Source of the DNA: Octopus vulgaris
Lineage: Eukaryota
Reading direction: 5' to 3'
Length of the DNA: 64,000 bases
NCBI GenBank assembly: GCA_951406725.2
Contig: OX597823.1
Span: forward strand, 24,614,001-24,678,000
Part shown: positions 37,118 to 50,769 of the stretch, piece after piece
How positions within the stretch are numbered: position 1 is the first letter of the stretch
Layout: every line of letters begins with the position of its first letter
The notes under the pieces: generated by a model
Told to the model about the DNA's origin: nothing
Database searches by the model: none
Seen by the model: only the letters and a program-made list of their open reading frames with translations
Program-made: the position numbers and the translations under genes

Positions 37118-37739
37118 TCATCATCATCATCATTTAACGTCCGCTTTCCATGCTAGCATGGGTTGGACAGTTCAACTGGGGTCTGGGGAGCCCGAAGGCT
37201 GCACCAGGCCAGTCAGATCTGGCAGTGTTTCTACAGCTGGATGCCCTTCCTAACACCAACGACTCCGAGAGTGTAGTGGGTGATTTTATGTGCCACCGAC
37301 ACAGGTGCCAGACGAGGCTGGCGAAAGGCCATGCTCGGATGGTGTTTTTATGTGCCACCGACACAGGTGCCAGACGAAGGCTGGCGAACGACCACGCTCG
37401 GATGGTGTTTTTATGTGCCACCGACACAGGTGCCAGACAAGGCTGGCAAATGGCCACGCTCAGATGGTGTTTTTATGTGCCACCGACACAGGTGCCAGAC
37501 AAGGCTAGCAGACGACCACGCTCGGATGGTGTTTTTATGTGCCACCGACACAGGTGCCAGATTAGGCTGGCGATCGGCCACGATTGGATGGTGATTGTTA
37601 CGTGCCCACAGCATGGAGGCCAGTCGGTGCGGTACTGGCTACGGCCACGTTCGGATGGTTTTCTTGTGTGCCACCGGCACTGGTACCACAAAGATACAAA
37701 TTCCATTGATGTTCATCTATTTTGATTTGATTTTGTTTG

Positions 37740-37740
<1 letters not shown>
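37118..37740 (-). mobile_element. RTE 3' UTR copy with an internal ~60-bp tandem array
   Basis: (CAT)n tail followed by about 5 copies of tttatgtgccaccgacacaggtgccagac..ggctggc..ctcggatggtgtt between 37283 and 37590. Confidence 0.85.
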
Positions 37741-37779
<39 letters not shown>

Positions 37780-37783
<4 letters not shown>

Positions 37784-38035
37784 TCATCATCATCATCATC
37801 ATCATCGTTTAGCGTCCGTTTTCCATGCTAGCATGGGTTGGACAGTTCTACTGGGGTCTGTGAAGCCAGAAGGCTTCATCAGGCCCAGTCAAATCTGGCA
37901 GTGTTTCTACGGCTGGATGCCCTTCCTAATGCCAACCACTCCATGAGTGTAGTGGGCGCTTTTTACGTGCCACCCGCACAGGTGCCAGACAGAGCTGGCA
38001 AATGGCCATGAACGGATGGTGCTTTTTATGTGCTT
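37780..38035 (-). mobile_element. Second RTE 3' tail, inserted next to a (TA)n tract
   Basis: (CAT)n cgtttagcgtccgttttccatgctagcatggg..; same family as the adjacent copy. Confidence 0.85.
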
Positions 38036-38606
38036 TTTATTTATATATATATATACACACACACACACAAGATACACACATTCACTCAAGAAGTACATAC
38101 ATGCACCAATGAACTGATGTTAATAATAAACTATGCTCCACTTGCCAAACAGAGAGATTTACCTGCTACTCACCACCCTATTATAGATCATGTTCCTATT
38201 AATAAAGAACTTAATTGATATTGCTACCATATCAGTAACACCATGTGATCTCCATTGACCAATAATGGCCCAGCATTTAGGAGTTATCTCTAATTTGTCT
38301 CCTTTGATGTCTACAAACCTGATAAGATAGGTTGTTTTAAGGAGCCTATGAAGGTTTAAGCTGCATGGAACCAAGTCAAACTGTAATTAAATAATACTTA
38401 CATATGTACATATATACATACATTCACACATACATAAATACATGCATGTAAGTATGACTGTATATATGTATGCATGTATGTATATTTGTGTACTTCAATT
38501 TGATTCACTCAATATCTTTTGTTCTAAATGCATCATTATCTCCTTATTTTCACCTTCTTTCTAACATATACTCACAAATGATATCAATTTCTCTTTTCAA
38601 TTTCAG

Positions 38607-38777
38607 CTTATGCACGTATTGACTGTGGGCCTCCCAAAGACATTGTTGGTACATCAAAGTCCTACAAAAACACTGCTTATAAATCTGAAGTACTCTATAC
38701 TTGCTCAAATGGAGTACAACTAAAGTCAATATGCCAAAAGGACAACAAATGGACTCCAGTAGCATCTTCCTGTAAAG
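38607..38777 (+). CDS. Exon S5: Sushi/CCP domain
   Basis: Acceptor atttcAG|CT, donor AAAG|gtaaca; 171 nt, phase 1-1. Reads YARIDCGPPKDIVGTSKSYKNTAYKSEVLYTCSNGVQLKSICQKDNKWTPVASSCK. Confidence 0.9.
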
Positions 38778-39431
38778 GTAACATAAACACCTTCCTTCCT
38801 ACTGCCTCTGTCAAAGTAATTTTGTTAAATTTTTGTGTTAAATATCTTTGCCAAAAGAAGACTTGTTGACTCCATTACAATTTCCATGGTGTTTTTGGCT
38901 GTTGGGAGGGAGAGAGGAAGTTATTCTCAGACCAGAGACTTCTCCAAATGCTTGCAACAATATGGATTTCATTAATATTACCAAAGAGCCAGACAATGCT
39001 ATTAAATTGTGTGATGGATGAAGTTTGCTGATGAAGAACTTGAAGTCTAGAAACTTGTCACCAATTAGCTTACAAAAGGTTTCCATCCAGTAATCCACAA
39101 GGATTTTGAAGCAGATTTTTAACCACACACACAAAACTCTAAACCCAATACTTATTAGCTCATCTCGACACATTTTTCTCTTAATTTCTAATTTGACCTT
39201 TCTCCCCCATATTTTATATCATCATCCAAAACTCAGTACAATTTAATGTCCTGAGTCATTCTTTATGAATGCTCTGCAATCCTCTGAAACAAATTTGTAA
39301 TTCTTTTGTTCTCTCCCAAATCTCCACACTTGATTATAACATTACTACTACTACGACTTCTACTACTACTACTACTACTACTACTAATAATAATAATAAT
39401 AATAATAGTAATAATAGTAATAGTAATAGTA

Positions 39432-40950
39432 ATTGCTGAGTCACTATCAGAACTAGAGGAGAAGTTTCAGGTGTGGAAACAAGGATTAGAATCAAAGGGC
39501 CTTAGAGTCAACCTAGCAAAAACCGAAGTCCTAACAATTAGGAAGGCAGACAAAACACAAATCCCTTCAGGTAGATGGCCCTGCTCGATCTGTAGAAAAA
39601 GGCGTAGGTAGAAACTCTATAAGATGTACCCAATGTAAGCTCTGGACACATAAGAGGTGCAATAATATCAAAGGAAGGCTAACTGGGAAGATAGTTTTTG
39701 TATGTGGCAGATGCTCAGGAGCAATAAACACAAAATGTGCAGAGAACAACTTCCACCACATTCGAGAGAGAAAAACTAGAAGTAGTTGATAGCTTCCGTT
39801 ACCTAGGTGACCAAGTCAGTAGCAGGGAAGGGTGCACTGAAAGTGTAGCTGCTAGAATAAGAATGGCTTGGGCAAAGTTCAGAGAGCTCTTACCCCTACT
39901 GGTGACAAAGGGCCTCTTGCTCAGTGTAAAAGGTAGACTGTATGATGCATGTGTACGAACAGCCATGCTACATGGCAGTGAAACATGGGGCATGACTGCT
40001 GAGGACATGTGAAGCTCGCAAGGAATGAAGCCACTATACTCCGATGGATGTGTAATGTCAGTGTGCATATTTGACAGAGTATAAGTACCTTGAGAGAAAA
40101 GTTGGACCTAAGAAGCATCAGATGTGGTGTGCAAGAGAGACGGCTGCGCTGGTATGGTCAGGTGGTGAGAATGGATGAGGATAGCTGTGTGTAAAAGCGC
40201 TACACCCTAGCAGTTGAGGGAACCTGTAGAAGAGGTAGACCCAGGAAGACCTGGGATGAGGTGGTGAAGCATGACCTTCGAAAATTAGGTCTTACTGAGG
40301 CAATGACTAGTGACTGAGACCTTTGGAAATATGCTGTGCTTGAGAAGACCTGGCAAGCCAAGTGAGACCATAACTCATGCCTATGCCAGGGGAGTAACTA
40401 GCCCACTTATGCACACTTTTCCTTCATTGTACACTAAACTCTGCTTGCAAAGACCTGTTGAGGCAAGTGAAATCGAAATCAAATTCAATGACTAGCATCC
40501 GGGTTAGTGGCATCCGGGCTAAGAGCACCATCCATACATGGTCGTTGTCAGAGAAACAAACTGGCTTCCATGCCGGTGGCACATAAAAAGCACCATTTGA
40601 GCATGATCGTTACCAGCATCGCCTTACTGGCACTTGTACTGGTGTCACGTGAAAAAACATTTGAGCGAGGTCGTTGCCAGTGCCACTGAACTGGCTCCTG
40701 TACAGGTGGCACATAAAAAACACCATATGAACATGGCTGTTGCCAGTACCACCTGACTGGCCCTCATGCTCGTGGCACATAAAAGCACCCACTACATACT
40801 TGGAGTGGTTGGCATTAGGAAGGGCATCCAGCTGTAGAAACTGCCAGATCAGATTGGAGCCTGGCGCAGCCATCTGCTTCGCCAGTCCTCAGTCAAATCG
40901 TCCAACCCATGCTAGCATAGAAAGTGGACGTTAAACGATGATGATGATGA
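39432..40950 (+). mobile_element. 5'-truncated RTE LINE with complete 3' UTR and (GAT)n tail
   Basis: IAESLSELEEKFQVWKQGLESKGLRVN..WPCSIC..LEVVDSFRYLGD..RLYDACVRTAMLHGSETW. It is preceded by an expanded (CTA)/(TAA)/(TAG) microsatellite at ~39336-39431. Confidence 0.92.
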
Positions 40951-42632
40951 ATAAAGATTCCTGATTTGCACATGAAACCAACAGTTTTTGATGGACAGGT
41001 ATTGTCATCACCATCAACCTTACAATTTAACTGGTCCTTTATGACATTGACACCCATAAGAATTAAAAGCAAAGTTAACTTTGGCTTCATTTGAACTGAT
41101 GTCCAAAAAGAAGTATACTGTAAAGCATATCTTTCAATTCTCTAATTAGCACCCATGTATACATTGCAAATAAAGATGAGGATGGTGATACAATTGCCTT
41201 AAATTTAGCAGGATCTCTATTGAGAACCAATTGAAGGTAATATTAAATACACTTTTTGAAGATGGTTGGGAATGATCAAGGGAGATATTGTTTATAGTTC
41301 TAACATGTTATATGCCCAGATAGGGCCTTCCATAATGGCTGGTAAATTTCAGGTTTATTATTGCAAGCTAAAATATTTCACACAGCTTATCTTCTGGTGT
41401 AATTTGTTGCCTTATTCAACACCACCACCTGGCCTTTGGGTGGTGTTGGTGATGGTGATGGACACTATTTGATCCAATCTTGATATATCTATTACAGTAG
41501 CAAACATTCATATTGACTAAGAGTTGCTCAGGCTGAGCATGAACCACTTTAATTTCACATATTTAGGAGGAAAGGTGACCTGAGAATTTCATGGCTAAGT
41601 GGTTTCTGCCAGGGATAGCTTATTAAAGCATATAAATACCATCTCATTGTAATCAATTATGTATTCTTTTGTTTAGGCACATGGCTGAACATAATTAGAG
41701 AAAGCATTGAGACTGTGTGGTATTCATGTCTTTCTCAAGGGCACTAGCTGTCTATGTAACATGAACTGATTTAGACTGAGAATCAAACATTGATCATTGA
41801 CTCATACCACTCAATCCATATTTATATTAAAAGAATAACTGGAAAAATATTCAGTGTCACTTCCTGCATGGAAAACAAATAATAAAGTAGCTACATGTTG
41901 AAAGAACATATTATTAATTAGAATTTTACTCTAATTCATCATTAACATAGATAGGCTGATCAAAAAATTCAGAAGAGATACCCTTATAATCATAATTGCT
42001 TTTTTTCTTCATATCATCTAAATCAAAATTTTGGTAAAATTAAATTTCTCTACTTACTATATTAAGTTGTAAGCATCCATCATTTACTACATATTTATAT
42101 TTATTTACTAGATGAAGATGAAAGTCAAATAATTTTAGTTTTCCAAGGCAAAATATTATAAAATCATTTGAGTAATGCCTTGAGTAGCCATATTTAGTTA
42201 CATTCTTTAACATCCTTAGCTCAAATCCCACCTGGATATACTTCACTTTTCATACTTCTGGGGTTGATAAATTCAAGAACAGAGATTGATAAAATTTTGC
42301 ATATCCTTGTGTGTAAGTTAGGAACCATTATCATTAATATTGGTAACTTCAACAATAATTATGATTATTCTTATTGTTAAGGATGTTGAATTGACAGAAT
42401 CATTCAACCACCAGGCAAAATATGTTGTGGTATTTGTTCTAGCAATTTTATTTTTGAGTTCAAATCTTGTTGATTTAACCTTTGCCCTTCCTATGTCAAT
42501 AAAATAAGCTATCAGTCAAGTGTAGAGGCTAATTAAATTGACCAGTTCTTACCTAAAAATTTAGCCTACTTTTTATGTTAGAATTGTTGTTGTTGTTATT
42601 TTTCATTGGCTTAAATTTTACTTTAACTTTAG

Positions 42633-42866
42633 ATCCTCGGCTCCATTTTGTGAAAATAACAGATGCAGCTCTGGATGTACCTGAGAAAACATTGTTGGAA
42701 GATGTAACAGCAGATGAATGTGCAGAAAAATGTCTGTCTGATAAAAGCTGTTTAGCATTTGAAATAAATAAAGAAAATGGAAATTGTTACTTATCAAAGA
42801 AAACTGCTGCTACCTCCAAGAAAATAAAGGGAAACAAAAGCAGAGATTACTACCAACGAGTAAAAC
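42633..42866 (+). CDS. Exon PA4: PAN/Apple domain, type A
   Basis: Acceptor actttAG|AT, donor AAAC|gtaatt; 234 nt (an in-frame 2-codon deletion relative to the other PA exons). Reads PRLHFVKITDAALDVPEKTLLEDVTADECAEKCLSDKSCLAFEINKENGNCYLSK..RDYYQRVK. Confidence 0.9.
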
Positions 42867-44099
42867 GTAATTATTTTTTGGTATTTTATTATTGGAATTC
42901 TCTTTTCAATTATTTCGGAAATTTGTGACTCTACTTGTACTTCATACTATATAGCAATAACAGCAGCTTTTTCTAATATTTCTAATAAGCCTCACATGCA
43001 ATATATCCGTGCATGCATAAGTACACACCTACACATATATTCACAACAACAAATTTCTAAATACTACTGTGCTAGAGAGAGCTAGTATTTCAATTATGTA
43101 TGCTTTCTGAAGTAAATTCCAGTTGTAGTGGAGTGGACATGTAGCATGCATACTTGACTCCAGATTCACTGAATTAATTTTCTATGGTGAAGATGGAGTT
43201 GGCTCTTGGTCACATTGTTGACCAAAGAGGACATATAAAGGCACTCACAAGACCAAATTTTGGCCAGCAGTAATTTCTATTGCTGGATTGAGGACTCAGT
43301 GAAAGTTTTCAGAGTCTGGTTTGAGCCAAATTTCTGGTGTGGAACTGGGAAAATATGATCAAGATAACCGATCTCCCTCAGAAATTATACAAGTGGAAGC
43401 TCTCTCTGAATAGTTGGGTAGAAGCAACCAATGCATACATTAACTTAGTGGTGTACTATCATCTGACCATCACACATTATCTCAGGAAGCTTCTGACAAA
43501 GCTAGAGTAGATACTTTTCCCCTTCTTATCCAAGAAGTGGGGTTCCACTGGTTAGGAAGTCCATTTGATGACTATACTCACTTTATGGTGTTTTGGGGAT
43601 GCCATTCCTGATTACTTGTTGGGTTGCAAGAATTATCTGCACCTCTGCAATGGTGATGACAATGATGAAAACCAGTGAGAATTGGTGTGAGCATTTTTTG
43701 TGCAAAATGTCTTTTTGCAGCTCATCTTAACCAAGCTGCAAACATGAGTCAAGCATAGACTAAGGCTGGACATTTTGTATCTAGACTATTGCCAGGAGCT
43801 CACAGCAATGGATCAGCAGGTGAAAAGCATTGTCAAGAAAGCAACTATAGGTTTTTATAAAGGGTTAATTGAATATATGTGTGACACTGGTTTGGGATTA
43901 ACTCTGAGCATGAATGATAGCAGTCTTAGCAGTTTCTTCTGGAGGACTTTCAGGTTAAAGTCTATGGATACAGTTGTTTTAACCTTTATATTGTCTTCAA
44001 TCATTATAATCATTATCATCATTAGCAATAGCAGCATTTACTCAGGCAATCAAGTAATACAGGAAAGTATCATAACTAAACCCTGGCCAACATTATCAT

Positions 44100-44580
44100 T
44101 GTAAAATGCTACACAAGCAAATGAGATATTTAATGGAAAGAGGGAATTGTAGAGGTATCATATTGTTCAGTCAGGCTCTGAAGGCCACAGAGAGAATCAC
44201 AGCACAAAGGATCTAAGATGAGTAAAACTTGACAAAATGCAATTTGGTTTCATCCCCACTAAAGTACCATAGATGCAGTCTACATAGTGAGACAAGATCA
44301 GGTGAAATACCTAGCCAAGTGTAAACTACTATTCTTGACATTCATCGACTTGGTGAAAAGTTTAGACAGGATGACACAATCTGTAATCTGCTGGTCTCTA
44401 AGAAAACAATATGTAGATAAATGGCTCGTGAGAGTTGCACAAGCTATGGTCAAAGATGCAGTAAGTAAAATGAGAATCAACAATGATTTCAATGACAAAT
44501 TTTACATCGACATTGAAAGGCGTCTTGTGTGAACTTCAAAATATCCATTTTGTTATACACAGATGACATCACCATCATAG
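44100..44580 (+). mobile_element. Old RTE RT fragment
   Basis: MQFGFIP..VRQDQVKYLAK..FIDLVKSLDR..WSLRK is a decayed match to the RTE RT. Confidence 0.7.
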
Positions 44581-46014
44581 TGTCAGATACAAGGCTCATC
44601 AAAGTGATGGGCACTGCTCTAAGGGACTATGAGATAGTGATAGGATTGAAAACTCAACCCAGAAATCTCAGTGGAAAAGTCTAGCTTAGTACCCAGAGAA
44701 GTAGGTCTATGTCATCTAGCAAGATCTTGAGGCCTTGGAAGGTGGACTGGTTAAATTGTTCAGATTCTATTTAGGTGAAGATCTCTTAGTGTAGAACTTG
44801 GATGATTAGAAATGGACTGAGAGAGACCTGTCTCTGAATGGTCAGACAGAGATTGTGAATGTTCCATTATATATCATCACTTAACGATTGTGTCTTGCTC
44901 TAATTCATGCCTGACCAAATTTGAGTGACTACTTTTCCACCTCTTGTAGAAGGAATATGTTCTTCTGATCCCACATGCCATTTCCTCTCAACACCCATTG
45001 AGTGGAGGACAAAGAAAATCTTAGTTAACAATGCATAAGTATGCACTTAGGCTGTGATATGTCCAGCAATTCTTTGATGGTGAACATGTGTAGTTACCTT
45101 TTTTCAAAGACAAGCTGTGCAAAAGCATATTCTGTCTTTCAGAAAGCTACAGTCCTTGGTTAAACAAAGATCAAGACAGAGTGCTTATCATCTGAAATGT
45201 GATCAAATTCTCACAGTACTCTACCATGAAGCTTTGTGATCAATGAAATTTCCATTTGAAGTTCTATAGAAGATTATTGGATGTCCTCAGAAAGAATTTG
45301 TGCGTTGATGCAAATCAACTGATCAGTCTGCTTAAAGCCAAGGCTCATGGATAAATTCCAGAAATCACTGACCTGGCAGTACTACCAAGGGGCATTGTCA
45401 GTTTGACATAATCTCTTGACGAATAGAACATATACCAACTGGGCACGTCAAAGTTGTATGCAAGGCGAGAAAATTGTCCTACACAAACTTATTTAGTCCC
45501 TAAGCCTTACTGACACACAGAGTTATGTCAATCACCTGCAGTCACATTCAAGATTAACCTAGGTATTAGCTGAAGCTTTCATGAAGACCATAACACTGCT
45601 TTTCTTTAACTTGAAAGGACAAGTAATCATTATGTCTCAGTGCTTTGGTGTTATTTGCAATATGGTGGATGGGAATGAAAGATCTGAAGACAGGACGCTT
45701 TCATTATTAGCCAAGCTCTCGTCAAGAAAATTCTCTGACAGATGGATAAAATTGGCAAGCATGTTCCAAAGGAACAGGACAGTTCTGAGCATACACTTGG
45801 GAATTGGGGACAGACTACTGAGAAAGACAACTCCTCTTAGTGGTCAGAGTGACTGTAGTTTTGTGGGGTTTCCACAATTAGCTATTATTTTGTTTAAATT
45901 TTTTGTTTCTTTGTTATTTTGCATTTTACATGGTCTTTTACATAATCCTATTGTGTATCATCCTGTACCATCCCCCATCTTCTTGTCTAGCCTTAATGAT
46001 TAATAAAGAAATCT

Positions 46015-46084
46015 TTCTTCTTCTTCTTCTTCTTCTTCTTCTTCTTCTTCAACAAACAATGAGTTTTGTTGTTGTTGCTGTTGT

Positions 46085-46116
<32 letters not shown>

Positions 46117-46145
46117 TTGTTGTTGTTGTTTTTGTTGTCATCGTC
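46015..46145. repeat. Compound microsatellite (CTT)n + (GTT/GCT)n
   Basis: Directly visible. Confidence 0.95.
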
Positions 46146-46659
46146 GAAGTCATCACACAGTATCCAGCATTTGCGATGTTATAGATTGAAGATATTGTGT
46201 GCACTGGGGATTTGGGCTATTTTGCAAGTCACAATAAGGTACCTCAGACAGGGAGTACTTTACACAATAGACATGCATTTCCAGTAAAGCTGATTTTGCA
46301 ACACACCAAAATAGGGTATTTTTAAAGTGTCCATGCCTTCCCGTTTTCATTCATTTCCTTTTCCAGTGTATGTTAGAGGTACCAAGCACCTGCTACCTCA
46401 AATCTATACTTCTGGCACAGTAACCAGTGAAGGTTTTGGGCTATCTTGTCATGTCCACACTTACACTGTTTCTACACAAGACTTTCACAATCACTAACAA
46501 TGTGAGTTATGAATTCGACCTTCTTCCTACACATTCTGCAAAGGTTCATTGCACTTGTGTGTTATATATCTCTTTACTCTGATTTGGACAGTGGTGATTA
46601 GGATTTCAGTCCACTGTTAAAGGTCACCTTTGCTGAACTACATCCACAATCCTTTCTGA

Positions 46660-47059
46660 TCTTTTAAGTTGTTAGTTTTAAAGTTCCTTTTATGATCATT
46701 CCTAGTGTCCCTACAATCACTGGTATTGTAACTACTGTGAAATGCCACATTCTTTCAATTTCAATGAGCAAATCTTTATATTTTCTGAGTTTGTCAAATT
46801 CTTTTGCTGAAATATTATGATCACAAGAGATACACATGTCAGTCAATAAACAGACTTTATTATTTTGGCCTTTTACAACAATATCCAGTTTATTAGCTTT
46901 GATAGTTCTGTCTGTCTGTACAAGAATGACCCAAAGAATCATTACATTTTCTCCCAGTTACAGCCTTGGGATGATGCTTATAACACTTGTCAAATATTTT
47001 AATTTTATAATGCTGACATATTAACTTGTGTAAATATTGCTCAACTCTGTCATGTCTTG

Positions 47060-47062
<3 letters not shown>
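46660..47062 (-). mobile_element. R4/Dong-type (RLE) LINE C-terminal fragment
   Basis: RHDRVEQYLH..TIKANKLDIVVK..DMCISCDHNISAKEFDKLRKYKDL..IPVIVGTLG; same family as 63211-64000. Confidence 0.85.
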
Positions 47063-47090
<28 letters not shown>

Positions 47091-47646
47091 GAGAGAGCAG
47101 TGCATGTCATCAAAATGACACTGGGGTAAAATATACGAAGCCCAGTATACCCATCATGACTACCTGTCTGATAAGGGTACACCAGGCATATGACCTTGCA
47201 GGTGGGGCCCAGTTAGAATTTTCTTCTGGTTGAGTAGCCCATCCCACTCAAAAGGACCCTGAATAAAGATTGTTTAAGGATGTTGAACAAACTACCCATG
47301 TTTCCAAAGGTGAATTATCCAGACCTCTAAGAATTCCTTTCAACACATGGCTATGATGCTCCCCTACTACTTCTGCTCATGATCAGAGATGCACATATCG
47401 TCAGCCACTAAGGGACATGCTCAACTGGTTACGGTCAAACAACCGACAAGCAAATCAGTGGTATTGAGCAGAATATTTGCTATAGCCCATCTTTTATACC
47501 AAGACAAAACAATGTGCATGATAGCACTTCCAATCAGTTAAGGTCAGAAGCCACGAGAGCCACTGCCTAATACTGCATCAGGGCATTTATCATCATTATC
47601 ATCATTGTCGTCGTCGTCATCATCATTATCATCATCATCATCATCA

Positions 47647-47860
47647 TGGCGGTAAGCTGGCAGAAGTGTTAGCATGCTAGATGAAATGCTTAGCAGTATT
47701 TCACCTGTTGCTACATTCTGAGTTCAAATTCCACTGAGATTGATTTTTACCTTTCATCGTTTTGGGGGTCAATAAAATAAATACCAACTGAACTCTGGGG
47801 TCAATGTAATTGATTAATCCCCACCTCCCTCATGTTGCCCTTGTGGCAAAAAATTTGAAA
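47647..47860 (+). mobile_element. tRNA-derived SINE
   Basis: ggcggtaagctggcagaag..ttagca..ctgagttcaaattcc..ctttcatc..ggggtc; same family as the 11135 copies. Confidence 0.8.
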
Positions 47861-47884
47861 TAATAATAATAATTATTGTTATTA

Positions 47885-48305
47885 TTTATTGACTTTGCAC
47901 AGCTTCTAACTCTGGAGATGTACTATGGTGCCAGCTGTTCACTACCAGTGAACTGAAGTAATACCCCTTATTTTTCAAGCACCATCCAGAGTATTCAAGC
48001 GGTTCCAAGCAGTACTACTTTCTGCAAGTGCTCTACCCTTATTGCAACCCCTATTTGTTCTCAAGATTTTTACTCGCTGTTCTTCTCAAGATTTTTATTC
48101 ACTGTTCCCAAGGCTCTGACAATTATTGGTACTACTACCACAACTGCTTAACCTCCCAAGCTAACCTGTCATATCTATTAACTTTTCTTTCTTCCTTATC
48201 GCATACCTTGTTGTCAGCTGGACTTATATCTATGATCTAGTATTGTTTGCTTTCTTTCTCAGTTAAAACTATGTCTGGCTTCGTATTCTCTATTTCATAG
48301 TCCCA
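47885..48305 (-). mobile_element. R4/Dong-type LINE 3' end between (TAT)n tracts
   Basis: The minus strand reads ..VEHLQKVVLLGTA*IL.., like the RLE-LINE C-terminus QKIVLTGTSHILR. Confidence 0.6.
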
Positions 48306-48326
48306 TTATTATTATTATTATTATTC

Positions 48327-48545
48327 AGGTGGTGAGCTTGCAGAATCATTAGAAGCTGGACATAATGCTTAGCAACATTTCGTTCGTCTTTATGTTCTGA
48401 GTTCAAATTCCACTAAGGTCAACTTCACATTTCATACTTTTGGAGTTAATAAAATAAGTATCAGTTGAGTAATGGGGTCCATGTAATCGACTTATACTCT
48501 CCTCCAGAATTTCAGGTCTTGTGCCTTTAGTAGAAATGATTATTA
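48327..48545 (+). mobile_element. tRNA-derived SINE
   Basis: ggtggtgagcttgcagaatcattag..ctgagttcaaattcc..cttgtgcc. Confidence 0.8.
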
Positions 48546-49137
48546 TTATCATTATTTTGTAGACAATTATGTAGAAGTACTAGCTATTGAAATTTTGAAT
48601 AAAATATTGGAAAATCATCTGATGCATTGTTTTATAAATGGGCAATATTCTATAAAAAACAGTCCATCCAGAAAATTATTTTTCAGCATAAAACTATGTA
48701 TTCTAGTGCCTCAGGACATATAAACAAAAGCTTGTCTCAATGTTTCAGTTGTAGGTAATACATTTGTACATCTGTCTTCTGATGGACTGCTTTTCTTTAA
48801 GATTAAATGGCCATAGCACATGATCTGTTTAAGGGATTGTCAGCCCTACAAAAATACACCATGAGAGGAGATGTGTACAAATATAGTCTGCACCCTATGT
48901 ATTGAAACAAGCTTTTAAAAAAAAGTTTTTTAAATGTTCTGTAACATAGATGAAGTTTGATAAAGATATAATTTTGTAGATCAGTTATTAGTTTATTAAT
49001 GGAACATCAAATTAAAAAATCATGCACCACATGCTTTTCAATATTCAATATATGTGTGTGGTGCATGTGATGTGTATTTGTGATTAAGTTGGTGGATGAC
49101 TATAAAATATGTTTCTTTTGTTTTTCTTCCTTTCCAG

Positions 49138-49371
49138 CTGATGACAAACCTTTCATGTTAAGAAAAGTTAGCGTATCAAAGAAGGCTAAGATAGGACATC
49201 TTAAGGATGTGAAATTAAAGGATTGTCACAGAGTTTGCAATCACTATGCAGGATGTAACTCTTATCAGTACAATGAGAAAGATAAGTTGTGTGATCTGAG
49301 TAATGCGACTCAGATGAGTAATGAACTTAAACCTAATGATGCAAGTTGGAATATTTACATACTTAATCCAG
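49138..49371 (+). CDS. Exon PB4: PAN/Apple domain, type B
   Basis: Acceptor tttccAG|CT, donor CCAG|gtcagt; 234 nt, phase 1-1. Reads DDKPFMLRKVSVSKK..LKDCHRVCNHYAGCNSYQYNEKDKLCDLSNAT..SWNIYILNP. Confidence 0.9.
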
Positions 49372-49478
49372 GTCAGTAGAGTGTTTCCACCTTCTTTATT
49401 GTGTGCATGTCTGTGTGTATTTATATATAAATGCATGTATGTGTACAGAAAACAGATGTTAAAGGGTAATGACAATGA

Positions 49479-49514
<36 letters not shown>

Positions 49515-49533
49515 TCATCATCATCAACAACAC

Positions 49534-49589
<56 letters not shown>

Positions 49590-49590
<1 letters not shown>

Positions 49591-50765
49591 TCATCATAAT
49601 CATCCGTTGTCCATGCTGGCATGGGTTGGATGGCTTGACTAAAGCTGGCAAGCTGGACAGATGCACCAGACTGCAGTTTGATTTGGCATAGTCTCTACAG
49701 CTGAATGCCCTTCCTAATGCCAACCATTTTATAGTGTGCTGGATGCTTTTACATGGCACAGCATGCATGTTTTTTTTACATAGCACCAACAGGTGCACTT
49801 TTACATAGCACCAGCACTAGTGCTTTTTATGTGGCACCAGCACAGGATTCTTGCAGGCTAATCCTTTTCACCAAAGGGACTCGCCTTAACACTTCTGCTG
49901 TGGACCACAGGTCTTCTTGAGTACAGCAAGGCACCAGGCATCTTGGTCCTTTGACATCTCACCTGAAAGGCTCAGTGTCCTGATGTTATTCTTCAGTACT
50001 TTGTCCCATGTCTACCCATCTCTTCCATGTGTCCCATCTACTTTGAGAGATTGGCACTTCTTTATGGAGCTGTTGGCATCCATCCACAGCATATGACCAA
50101 ACCAGTGCAACTTTCTGTCTTACACACAGCATCTAATTCCTCTTATGCCTAACTTCTCTCTCAGAACACTAGCACTAGGTCAAACATATACACTTACACA
50201 TCCAGCAGAGCATACTAGCTTCATTCCTCTCTAACCTTCACATGTCCTCAGGGCCCATATCTCACTACTATGTAGCGCATTCAAGACCCAGTTCTTACTA
50301 CCATATAGGATTGCTGACCATATACATGCATCATACACTCTTCCTTTCACTTGGAGAGAGAAAACTTTCATAGCCAACAAAGGTAACAGCTCTCTAAATT
50401 TCCTGCATCCTATTCTTATTCTAGCTATCATGCACTCCTTGCATCCTCCCCCACTACTTATGTGGTCCCCTATATAGCAGAAATTATCAACTACCTCTAA
50501 TGAGTCATCAGGGCATTTGAGAGAATCAATTTTCCAAGTTTTTATGGATCTTGTACATCTTCCACAAAGACTACCTTCTCTGATAACCTTCCTATTAATC
50601 TACTCCACCTGTTGTATGTCCATAGCTTAAACTGGGTACACAGTATGGAGCTCCTATCTACACCTTTGCTCCAAATCAAACAAGGCCACCTAAGTGAAGT
50701 GAGTTGTGTCCTGTTTGTTTTCTTGCTTACTAAGGTGTAGTTAGTTAACCTTAAGGCCCTTAAAT
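49590..50765 (-). mobile_element. Older RTE LINE 3' part
   Basis: IARIRIGCRKFRELLPLLA..KGRVYDACIWSAILYGS, plus an RTE-type tail starting near 49590. Confidence 0.8.
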
Positions 50766-50769
50766 TCAC

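Noticed and set aside
37283-37590. CRISPR-like array of ~60-bp periodic repeats
   Set aside because: There are no unique spacers and no cas genes, the context is eukaryotic, and the units are part of an RTE 3' UTR.
45903-46287. Poly-Leu/Val/Ala ORFs (similar cases at 10995, 39306, 37737, 49321)
   Set aside because: They are translations of microsatellites.
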